From a virus, in IMG/VR virus record IMGVR_UViG_3300045988_118427: a stretch of DNA of 57,006 nucleotides; one strand, written 5' to 3'. The position numbers were made by a program, and so were the translations under genes. Below are positions 8,915 through 16,360 of this stretch, piece by piece. The stretch's first letter is position 1. Each line of letters starts with the position of its first letter. Below the pieces are notes generated by a model that worked only from the letters and a program-made list of their open reading frames with translations, did no database searches and was not told the DNA's origin.

Positions 8915-9138
8915 GGTGTCGATTGGGCAGGTAATGGGTTGTTCTTCACGGCTTCTCGGATTGCTTCGGCACGTTTCTTAATCACAGAGAGAGCCTCTGG
9001 TGGGTAGGTGTCCATATCGGACATCATGGTCAACGTGTCTAACATAGTGTCGATAACCATGTCCACGCCGTCGGGGTGCAGGTGCAGTACGTCGAGCATA
9101 CTGCCCATAGCCATGTACAGTTCTTCTTGGCTACTCAT
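8893..9138 (-). CDS. hypothetical protein
   Basis: 81-aa acidic ORF, overlapping its neighbours in operon fashion. Confidence 0.45.
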   Translation of the reverse strand: MSSQEELYMAMGSMLDVLHLHPDGVDMVIDTMLDTLTMMSDMDTYPPEALSVIKKRAEAIREAVKNNPLPAQSTPCKPLVQ

Positions 9139-9389
9139 TTACTTTCCTTCCAACCGACGACCACATCTACGCTCTGATTCTCGTCAGCATCTGACACTGA
9201 TATGGTGTAACCATGCACTTCGAGATATATGCGCAACTGCGCAATAACAGTGATTGGCAGTCTGTTAATCAAACATGACGTACTACCAGCAAGGGCGGAG
9301 GTGATAACCTGTTGCTCAATGTGCTTGCGTAGGGTCACAAACTCCTTACTAAAAACCATCAAGTCTCGCAGTTCTGTTGCAGTAATCAT
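9135..9389 (-). CDS. hypothetical protein
   Basis: 84-aa ORF with 4-nt overlaps at both ends. Confidence 0.45.
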   Translation of the reverse strand: MITATELRDLMVFSKEFVTLRKHIEQQVITSALAGSTSCLINRLPITVIAQLRIYLEVHGYTISVSDADENQSVDVVVGWKESK

Positions 9390-9736
9390 TTCTTCAACCT
9401 TTGGTAAATAATATCTAGTTCAGGGATAAGGGTGTCGGCATCGCCCCACAGGGCGATGCCACCGGCGGCAGTAATGCGCCCCATTTGCAGGCGTTGGTTG
9501 GGTCGTGGCACTTGTCCTGTTGCCTTGCACTCCACGCTGATGAACCTACCGCAGACACACAGCAGGAAGTCAGGCACACCCACCTCGCCGGCTTGTACCA
9601 CACGGACGATGTACACGTCGGGTTTGTTTTTAGCCCACTGCTTCACGGCATGGACGACTGCGCTCTCCGGCGTGGTACTGCTACGGCTCGGCTTCTTGGG
9701 CTTAACGAACAGTGGTATGGCTTCGATACCCATCAT
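9386..9736 (-). CDS. VRR-NUC domain nuclease
   Basis: 116 aa. GVPDFLLCVCGRFISVECKATG...PNQRLQMGRITAAGGIALW matches the PD-(D/E)XK VRR-NUC pattern. Confidence 0.7.
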   Translation of the reverse strand: MMGIEAIPLFVKPKKPSRSSTTPESAVVHAVKQWAKNKPDVYIVRVVQAGEVGVPDFLLCVCGRFISVECKATGQVPRPNQRLQMGRITAAGGIALWGDADTLIPELDIIYQRLKK

Positions 9737-9996
9737 GCACCTACCTGTACATTGAAGTAGGCCAGCACCTCTGCGTCGCTCTTGTCGGCGAAGTCGGGGT
9801 ATCGGGCGCGTAGCGCATTGGCAATAGCCACCGTCGCATCGTCAGGTGCAGGGGTAAGTTGCATATCCACATCGAGGGTATCTACCAGTGCCAGCAGGCT
9901 GTCGATTTGCGCCTTGAGTTGGCGCAGTACCGAGATGGGGACATCGCCCCGTGCCTTGAGTAGGTCGGCGTAAGTTTCGGGTGTGTTACTCGTCAT
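9733..9996 (-). CDS. hypothetical early protein
   Basis: Start placed at ATG 9996 (MTSNTPETYADLL). The upstream part of the track ORF overlaps gene 9986..10249. Confidence 0.45.
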   Translation of the reverse strand: MTSNTPETYADLLKARGDVPISVLRQLKAQIDSLLALVDTLDVDMQLTPAPDDATVAIANALRARYPDFADKSDAEVLAYFNVQVGA

Positions 9997-10249
9997 GTTC
10001 CACCTCCAAGAACGCGATATATGTTTCAACTGACGAAATCGCGCCACCCCATACTGTTGAAGCGTTCCACTTCTCACGGAAACCATCTGTGGAATAATAC
10101 TGCCAATCGTTGCCCTCGAAGTCCCCAAGCACTTGCTCAACGGCATCGCACATGGCGGGAACACTAGAATATCGAGGGGCTGACAACTGTGCCATAACAT
10201 CGGAGTTTACGGCTGGAGTGGCGTAAACTACCAGTACATAGGTTTTCAT
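9986..10249 (-). CDS. hypothetical early protein
   Basis: 87-aa ORF packed in the operon. Confidence 0.45.
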   Translation of the reverse strand: MKTYVLVVYATPAVNSDVMAQLSAPRYSSVPAMCDAVEQVLGDFEGNDWQYYSTDGFREKWNASTVWGGAISSVETYIAFLEVEHDE

Positions 10250-10476
10250 CGGCTGGCCTCCGCATCGCCACGCACACGCTCCATCGCGTCGAGCTTGTCG
10301 TACTGCTCTTCAATCACTTGGGCTTGCTCGTACACCGCCACTTGATTCTCAAGCTCGGCGACACGTTGGGCGCATTGATGACTGGTAGTATCAGTCGTAC
10401 CATCGGTACTGCTCATGGCGTACACGCCACCGCCGATAGCGGCAACTGCAATAAGGGTTCGGATTGCGTATTTCAT
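10246..10476 (-). CDS. small secreted/membrane-anchored protein
   Basis: 76 aa. N-terminal hydrophobic segment IRTLIAVAAIGGGVYA followed by a coiled-coil-like acidic tail. Confidence 0.45.
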   Translation of the reverse strand: MKYAIRTLIAVAAIGGGVYAMSSTDGTTDTTSHQCAQRVAELENQVAVYEQAQVIEEQYDKLDAMERVRGDAEASR

Positions 10477-10847
10477 GATTGCTCTTTCAGATATTTAATA
10501 AATTCTGTCAGGTGGGCTTCAAAAGCTTGGTACTTCTCTTCCAGCAAGGCGTAAGGTTCGCTGAACTCATACTGCTCGGTCAGGGTGTACATCATATCGC
10601 CGTCAGTATCGAGGGCATCTTCGATGTCGTAGGCCGTCGCACCATCAGTTACATCGTGGATAGACTCACACATAGTGCGGACACTCGGTGATGGAGGGTG
10701 GTTGTTGACTACCACATCAAACCAATCAGCCAAGACGTTCTCATGCGGATAAGGGTAGTTGCTGGTGTGCCAGTATGGGTGGGTACTGAACACTTCTTTT
10801 ACCGCCATGATTTTGGCATAACGGCACACGGTTTCATTGGTGTTCAT
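10473..10847 (-). CDS. hypothetical acidic early protein
   Basis: 124-aa ORF. Confidence 0.45.
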   Translation of the reverse strand: MNTNETVCRYAKIMAVKEVFSTHPYWHTSNYPYPHENVLADWFDVVVNNHPPSPSVRTMCESIHDVTDGATAYDIEDALDTDGDMMYTLTEQYEFSEPYALLEEKYQAFEAHLTEFIKYLKEQS

Positions 10848-10850
10848 TGT

Positions 10851-11240
10851 TTACTCCCATGAGATAGTGTCGATTACTGTTACGAAATCCTCTGAATCCA
10901 TAGTATCAACCTTGAAACCGTCGGATTCCAACCATTTTGCCAACTTGGAGGTATCAATCAGCGATGCTACGTTAATCGCCACGCGCGTCTCACCATTAAT
11001 ATATCGGTCTGACGAGGATTTATTTAGAACCAATGGGTCTTGTACATCATCATAATGATACAGGCTCAAGCGCACCGCGCCTTTGGCAGATTCGGATTCA
11101 ATAATACTCAACAACGCACGATATACGTCCTCATTACACTGGGCGCGGAACTCGACAACCGCTTGGCGAGCGCGTTCAGCAGGGGTTTCGATTTTAATCT
11201 GGGCTTTTGGGGATTGCAGGTCTAATTTTGTAGTTACCAT
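10851..11240 (-). CDS. hypothetical protein, first gene downstream of promoter P-M1
   Basis: Start at ATG 11240 (MVTTKLDLQ) with a GGAG SD. The longer track ORF would cover the promoter. Confidence 0.5.
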   Translation of the reverse strand: MVTTKLDLQSPKAQIKIETPAERARQAVVEFRAQCNEDVYRALLSIIESESAKGAVRLSLYHYDDVQDPLVLNKSSSDRYINGETRVAINVASLIDTSKLAKWLESDGFKVDTMDSEDFVTVIDTISWE

Positions 11241-11268
11241 TTGTTTTACTCCATTAAGGTTTAATCTA

Positions 11269-11297
11269 ATTTTACGAGAGAATCTCTCGTGTGTCAA
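11269..11297 (-). promoter_or_regulatory. promoter P-M1: TTGACA-N17-TAAAAT with 17-bp palindromic spacer
   Basis: Minus strand reads TTGACA CACGAGAGATTCTCTCG TAAAAT. Palindrome ACGAGAGA-A-TCTCTCGT at 11274..11290. Confidence 0.65.
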
Positions 11298-11303
11298 TAT
11301 GTT

Positions 11304-12116
11304 TTACACAGCGGTGTCAAGCCAGCTTGCGAGTGCGCCCATCACGCTGTCGATGGTGTCGGTCGCATCAAATATCATAGCCATACCGAGCATATGCACG
11401 GCACGTTGCAGGGCTTTAACCCATGCCTCCGGCGCGTTGTACACGCCGTGTGAGTGCGCCCACACACCGTAGTCGTCCATCACGGACAGATTAACCACTG
11501 TTGCTCTCGGTGTCGTGTAGCCTTGCACCTTTACTCGCTCGGCTTGCCCTGTGGGTGTAGCTACCACGTCAGGGGCGTACAGTGGGGCGTTAGCCAGTCG
11601 GCTGGCTCGCATGGTCTTGCGGATTCCGCGCACCCTAGACGCGCAATAGATACCATCTGGGGCGTAGAAGTTCACGCCGTCATGCGTCCAAAACTCCGAC
11701 TGGCTTTGTCGGGATTCAAAGGCACGCTTGAAATTGGCTTTCGCCAGTGCTGATACGGGATTCCACTCAATCGGCAAGTTCGGTTCGGGGCGTGTCGGTG
11801 TGTATGCAGGGTGTGGCGGTAGCAGGGCGAAGCGGTGTGGGGTTAGCTCTACCAAATCTCGCCCCAAGTATCTACCATCAACCAACGGCATGATTGCGCC
11901 GTTGGCTAAGGCTTCATGGAACGCGCCCTCGTCATGCCTGAAGTACGCCAGCACTTCAGCCTCCGTCATACGCGCATTGCGTATAGCTTCGCGCCGTTGG
12001 TACTCGAACACATCATCAACCGTGATTTGGGTAATGTCGCCTTGTGCCAGCATCTTCTTTAACAGATACACGCTGATTCCTGTTGCCTGACTAACTGCTC
12101 TTATTGTTTGTGCCAT
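11304..12116 (-). CDS. protein with N-terminal MerR/excisionase-type HTH
   Basis: 270 aa. MAQTIRAVSQATGISVYLLKKMLAQG is an HTH_17-like opening. It is the last gene before the early/middle boundary. Confidence 0.5.
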   Translation of the reverse strand: MAQTIRAVSQATGISVYLLKKMLAQGDITQITVDDVFEYQRREAIRNARMTEAEVLAYFRHDEGAFHEALANGAIMPLVDGRYLGRDLVELTPHRFALLPPHPAYTPTRPEPNLPIEWNPVSALAKANFKRAFESRQSQSEFWTHDGVNFYAPDGIYCASRVRGIRKTMRASRLANAPLYAPDVVATPTGQAERVKVQGYTTPRATVVNLSVMDDYGVWAHSHGVYNAPEAWVKALQRAVHMLGMAMIFDATDTIDSVMGALASWLDTAV

Positions 12117-12128
12117 ACTAAAATTCCT

Positions 12129-12689
12129 TTAAGTTCTTTCCATCATGAAACGCATGGCTTCCGTTAGCTGTTCAATACGAAAGATGTTGCGCTCCTCAAC
12201 CGCAATAGTCATCAACGGTTGTAGTATTTCAGGTATGACTGCTTCAGGCGATGACACAAATTTCTGTCCCATATATCCACTATCAAAGAACAGCAACGCG
12301 CCGGCGGTATTCTCACATACGCCCTCGTCCCAATCGAAATAGAACACGATTACTTCCTCGTCAAGCATGATACCTTCCGCCTCGTACCACTTCAGCGCAT
12401 CGGATACCATCTCACAGTGGGCAATGTCTGCTTCCAGTCGCTCGCTAGATGTACCAAACGTAGGGATTTCCAGTCGCTCGTAAATTTGCAAAGGGGATAA
12501 ACCTTGCGCTTCCATTTCAACAATCAAGGCTTTGCGTTTGTCCGCCAAAGTAAGCAGTATGTTTCCAGTATCAGCCCAGTAGAATTGCACCTCGCACACA
12601 TAAGGCACGGCGGACGGCACGTCATACGACTGCTCATTGGCAGGCTCATATACCATCAATGTGATGGTTGGTTTTCCTAACTCTTTCAT
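12129..12689 (-). CDS. hypothetical acidic early protein
   Basis: 186-aa ORF. Confidence 0.45.
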   Translation of the reverse strand: MKELGKPTITLMVYEPANEQSYDVPSAVPYVCEVQFYWADTGNILLTLADKRKALIVEMEAQGLSPLQIYERLEIPTFGTSSERLEADIAHCEMVSDALKWYEAEGIMLDEEVIVFYFDWDEGVCENTAGALLFFDSGYMGQKFVSSPEAVIPEILQPLMTIAVEERNIFRIEQLTEAMRFMMERT

Positions 12690-13033
12690 ACTGTTACTCG
12701 CAAGGGTTGTTTCAAAGGTAGGCTGTACTCGGCCATGACTAGCCCGTTATATGTTCGTTGGATATACTCTCCACGTTTAGCCCATCGCACACGAAGCTGT
12801 GGCATACCCAGCAAAGCCAAAATCTCGGTCATGCGGTTGCATTTAGCGCGTGAGTCCAGTGATGTGATATGGACAGCCCATTGCAAGCTGTCAGGCTCAA
12901 GCCAACAAAGCTCCATACCCTCGTACCACACGCGGACACCGCCGATAGGATAACGTTCAGCACGGAATCCGTTGTTACCAAGTATCAAGCCTTTGGCTTC
13001 AGGGTTATGTAAAAATTCGATTAGTTTATTCAT
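12686..13033 (-). CDS. hypothetical early protein
   Basis: 115-aa ORF. Confidence 0.45.
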   Translation of the reverse strand: MNKLIEFLHNPEAKGLILGNNGFRAERYPIGGVRVWYEGMELCWLEPDSLQWAVHITSLDSRAKCNRMTEILALLGMPQLRVRWAKRGEYIQRTYNGLVMAEYSLPLKQPLRVTV

Positions 13034-13045
13034 GGTTGTTTGTCT

Positions 13046-13429
13046 CTAGTAATGCTCAATGTTGAGTTCATACCCACTTTGTTTCGGGTCGTACCAAGCC
13101 ATCTTGTCGTCCATCAAGTCTTGCAGGGCAATCTCTTCATCTTCAGACAGCCCAGCTACATTGATGTAATAGTCCCAGTCGGCGGACGTACCGCCCCAAT
13201 ACAGGGTGCTAATGTCATAGCCTTTACCCTCTTCAGGGATACCAATCCGACACAATGGCGCGGTAACGGACGCTTGCAACTGGTCGTCATACCATGTCAA
13301 GGTAACATCGCAGCCATACTCTACGTCTTGCCCCTCATCATCTGCATATGTGTAGGCGGTATCGATACCAATCACGCATTGGGGCGTGGTAAGCTCGATT
13401 AAATCTTGCAGGGCTTCGTAAATATCCAT
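13046..13429 (-). CDS. acidic early protein, paralogue of 13431..13778
   Basis: Start placed at ATG 13429 (MDIYEAL) with a GAGGA SD. Shares the ..LTW..DD....AS....G...DI.TL......Y.....L.EDEE..L..LM pattern with the upstream gene. Confidence 0.5.
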   Translation of the reverse strand: MDIYEALQDLIELTTPQCVIGIDTAYTYADDEGQDVEYGCDVTLTWYDDQLQASVTAPLCRIGIPEEGKGYDISTLYWGGTSADWDYYINVAGLSEDEEIALQDLMDDKMAWYDPKQSGYELNIEHY

Positions 13430-13430
13430 G

Positions 13431-13778
13431 TCAAATATCCTCACGAACATAGCCATCGTGTAAAGGGTGGAAGTCGCAGGCGTGATATACCATCAATTCC
13501 TTCAGGTCAGTTTCATCATCTTCCGTCAGGTCGTCATCGCTGAAGTAGCCCCGCGCATCGGTAAATTCATAATCCAGCGTGGCGATGTCAAAGTTACCAT
13601 CGGGCGCGTCGTCGATTGCGCCTAACACTTCCAATGAAGCCCAGCTCCCCTTGTCGTCATGCCATTGCCATGTTAAATCTACAAAGCGGGCGGGCGTATC
13701 GTTACCACATGAATCTAGGTATTCATCACTGATTGACAGGATAATTTCAGGTTTTGTATTTCGGATTAAGGCAAACAT
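13431..13778 (-). CDS. acidic early protein, paralogue of 13046..13429
   Basis: 115 aa. VDLTWQWHDDKGSWASLEV...FDIATLDYEF...LTEDDETDLKELM. Confidence 0.5.
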   Translation of the reverse strand: MFALIRNTKPEIILSISDEYLDSCGNDTPARFVDLTWQWHDDKGSWASLEVLGAIDDAPDGNFDIATLDYEFTDARGYFSDDDLTEDDETDLKELMVYHACDFHPLHDGYVREDI

Positions 13779-13793
13779 TTTTGTTTCCTTTCC

Positions 13794-13840
13794 TTAGGTT
13801 GTACTCACTTACTGAAACCGCCGATTATTACCAACGGTTT
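13794..13840 (-). promoter_or_regulatory. conserved early intergenic element, copy 3 (hairpin + CAGTAAGT + AACCTAA)
   Basis: Minus strand reads AAACCGTTGG-TAATAAT-CGGCGGTTT CAGTAAGTGAGTACAACCTAAGG. Confidence 0.55.
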
Positions 13841-13859
13841 GGATAACTAAGCACTTTGG

Positions 13860-14279
13860 TTACACATTGCGGAAATAATAACCGCTATACTCAAAATAAT
13901 CATGGCGCAGGTAGTAGTCCCACACGTCAGACCATTTGATACAATCGCGCAGGTAGGTGGGCAGGGCTTCCAATGCTTCACTCTCAACCTCTTCGCAAAT
14001 ACACTGGGCAAAGTCGGCAGGATTGCGGTAGGAAGTACCAACAAACGCGTCTAAGGCTTCTTCATGGTTGAATACGCCTGTTGCCTCAAAGTAGGCAATT
14101 ACAATATTGCGGTCACCGTCAGGCATGTTTGCAACATGCACTGCTTCTTCGAAATTATCGGCGGTTAGGGTAAAGCCTTTGATGTTGGTAAACACTTCTT
14201 CGGCTTCAGCTTCTATGGTCGCGTAATCATCAAATTCAATGATGGCATACCACTTGTCTGCAATTCTAATATGTATCAT
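13860..14279 (-). CDS. ArdA-like anti-restriction protein (C-terminal domain resemblance)
   Basis: 139 aa, very acidic. C-terminus LPTYLRDCIKWSDVWDYYLRHDYFEYSGYYFRNV parallels the ArdA C-terminus (VP..L..YIDY..YGRDL...G.F.....G.F). Confidence 0.45.
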   Translation of the reverse strand: MIHIRIADKWYAIIEFDDYATIEAEAEEVFTNIKGFTLTADNFEEAVHVANMPDGDRNIVIAYFEATGVFNHEEALDAFVGTSYRNPADFAQCICEEVESEALEALPTYLRDCIKWSDVWDYYLRHDYFEYSGYYFRNV

Positions 14280-14295
14280 TTCAGGTTTCCTTTTG

Positions 14296-14345
14296 TTAGG
14301 TTGAGACTACTTACTGAAACCATCTGCTAATGGTGCAAACGGTTT
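14296..14345 (-). promoter_or_regulatory. conserved early intergenic element, copy 2
   Basis: Minus strand reads AAACCGTTTGC-ACCATTA-GCAGATGGTTT CAGTAAGTAGTCTCAACCTAAC. Confidence 0.55.
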
Positions 14346-14367
14346 GGGTAAATAGATTCTGTGCAGG

Positions 14368-14577
14368 TTACGGTTTAGCGGCTTTGAAGCCTGCCATGTA
14401 AAAGGCAAACAGTTCATTTACCATTTTGATACGATACGAGGCAAAGCCTGCACGCTCTGGGCGCATGGATGCCTCCAAGTCGACCAAACGATAATAGTCA
14501 AGGTCGTCCTTAGTGCCGTACCCGTTCTCCACATAGTAAGTCTCAAACGATTGTCTGATTGCGTTAAAGTTTTGCAT
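14368..14577 (-). CDS. first early gene, hypothetical
   Basis: 69-aa ORF. SD AAAGGGG sits 7 nt upstream of the ATG. It follows the ~480-nt leader. Confidence 0.5.
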   Translation of the reverse strand: MQNFNAIRQSFETYYVENGYGTKDDLDYYRLVDLEASMRPERAGFASYRIKMVNELFAFYMAGFKAAKP

Positions 14578-15060
14578 AACAGCCCCTTTCAGGTTTAGGT
14601 TTATAAAATCTACTCACTGAACAGGGCGTAACTACGCCCTGTTGTATCAATAGACTCTATGCACATCGCTTACCATCATGCTGGCTATCTTGCATACACT
14701 AAGGTTGATTCATTGCCGAGGGCTTTGCCCGAGGCAACCCTCGGCACTCACCAATGCTTATATGCCTTAGTTCTGAGGGATAACACGGCTTCGGCTTATT
14801 TCATCCTAGGCTTAACTTTATACCAATCGCCATACTCTAACGGGATGTTATCCTTGTTTTGCTGTCAAGGCGGATGATTCCGCACTCAACGCGCGTGATG
14901 TACTTTTTCCAAGTTGTTAAAGAGCGTTCATCAAAGGCCGAGGCCGTTTGACTAGTCATAATTACAGGTTATAACGCCTGCTAGGATTGGATACCTAGTT
15001 TTTACGATGTAGGTTTCCTCAAGGCTTCGCCTTTCGGGTTAGTTCGTGCTTTTCACACTC
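14578..15060 (-). promoter_or_regulatory. ~480-nt untranslated, hairpin-rich leader of the early operon
   Basis: Lies between the inferred P-A start (~15060) and the first early ATG (14577). Only micro-ORFs without an SD are present. Several perfect stems. Confidence 0.5.
14595..14642 (-). promoter_or_regulatory. conserved early intergenic element, copy 1
   Basis: Minus strand reads ACAGGGCG-TAGTTA-CGCCCTGT TCAGTGAGTAGATTTTATAAACCTAAAC. Confidence 0.55.
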
Positions 15061-15066
15061 ACTAAT

Positions 15067-15095
15067 ATTATAACCGCTTTATTTTAGCTTGTCAA
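15067..15095 (-). promoter_or_regulatory. early promoter P-A: perfect sigma70 consensus TTGACA-N17-TATAAT
   Basis: Minus strand reads TTGACA AGCTAAAATAAAGCGGT TATAAT, with an A/T-rich UP-like stretch upstream. Confidence 0.8.
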
Positions 15096-15143
15096 GAAAA
15101 ATTTTAACAAGGTTAAGTTCACGCGGTTTGATACGTTGACGGT

Positions 15144-15172
15144 ATTATATACCATCATTAAGAATAAGTCAA
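15144..15172 (-). promoter_or_regulatory. early promoter P-B: TTGACT-N17-TATAAT
   Basis: Minus strand reads TTGACT TATTCTTAATGATGGTA TATAAT. Confidence 0.75.
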
Positions 15173-15326
15173 GTTTTATTTTACCATGCACGTAAATATA
15201 TATAGCTCACGTTTCCCGATAAGGGCAGGCGTGTTATAGCACCATTTCCACGCGCCATCATGCGCAGGTAGGGTTAATCAATTCAAGGCTATGATAAAAT
15301 AGTTTATGGCTTATTTGATAAAACGG

Positions 15327-15355
15327 ATTATAACGCGTTCAATCGGCCTTGTCAA
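15327..15355 (-). promoter_or_regulatory. early promoter P-C: TTGACA-N17-TATAAT
   Basis: Minus strand reads TTGACA AGGCCGATTGAACGCGT TATAAT. Confidence 0.8.
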
Positions 15356-15445
15356 GCATTTTTATCGACAAACATAAACTTAAAGAGCGGAAAGCGATTT
15401 ATTATATCGCTTACCAGAAAGAACGTTGCCTAACTGATGAAGCGA

Positions 15446-15474
15446 ATTATACGCGGGATGTGTTGATATGTCAA
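15446..15474 (-). promoter_or_regulatory. early promoter P-D: TTGACA-N17-TATAAT
   Basis: Minus strand reads TTGACA TATCAACACATCCCGCG TATAAT. Confidence 0.8.
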
Positions 15475-15589
15475 CGGTTATAATGGTTAAGTTAGGTTAG
15501 CTGAATGTTAAGGAAGTGTTAGTTTAAAATTGAATGGAATGGCGATAAAATGGCAGATATTTTAGTTTGTTGAGGTTCAAATTTGACCA

Positions 15590-15720
15590 CCGCGCGAGGT
15601 GAAATCAAAAAATAAAAAAAAAGTTTTAGGCGATAACAAAACCGCACAAAAAAAAATAAGAATGTAAATAAATAAAATAATATTTATTTATTATTATATC
15701 TACTTTTTTTTTCTTTCAAA
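15590..15720. other. extreme A/T tract block with 10-bp inverted repeat (candidate DNA-unwinding element)
   Basis: A runs at about 15607-15622 and 15648-15657. T run at 15704-15712. AATAAATAAA-N6-TTTATTTATT at 15667..15692. One 60-nt line counted at 5 G+C of 60. Confidence 0.5.
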
Positions 15721-16360
15721 TCATGGTCTTATCTCCCACGCGCCCGCTATTTCTACATTTATAACGCCGTCCTTATTCGTATTTATCGGCGGTAGTACGT
15801 TTCTGTTTTCCTTTAAATTCAAGCACTTAACCTTTCCCTTTAGAATCAATGGATTAACATAATTTAACATTATAACAACGCCCTAAATAGCACCCATTTT
15901 ATATCACATTTACAAGCCCTGAATTATATAAAATGCCTATTATATAATAACATATTAATATTTCTTTATTGTTAAAAACTTATAACAAAAGGGATAGATA
16001 TGTTAAGGCGCTCTTTACATAAAATAAGAGGCAATTAACGCCTGAAAATAGACATAACCGTTGATTTAGCTTGCAATCACGCGCTTATAAATGCGATTTT
16101 CGGACGAACGCCACCATTACAATAGTTAAGGTTTCTTTACATAATTAAATAAAACCGCCGTTATATAACATAAAAAGCATTATAAGTCAAGCGTTACGCG
16201 ATAAATAGCCTCTTAGACATAGGCATACTTATTTCACTTTGTCAAGTGTTTTTTACTGCATGATGTTAATGACATTTGGATAACATATGTATAAGCATAT
16301 CGTTATAGCTATGTCAAGGCTTGCAACGCTTTGCCGAGCGCGTGCCGGTGCGAGCGCGAT

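Noticed and set aside
14659-14877. 72-aa plus-strand ORF inside the early leader
   Set aside because: It has no SD and lies antisense to four strong promoters. The region is full of stem-loops, and the product looks like a random low-complexity translation.
15574-15588. tRNA T-loop-like GGTTCAAATTTGACC
   Set aside because: No acceptor, D or anticodon arms can be drawn around it. It is part of a near-palindrome in the AT-rich region. I found no tRNA elsewhere in the window.
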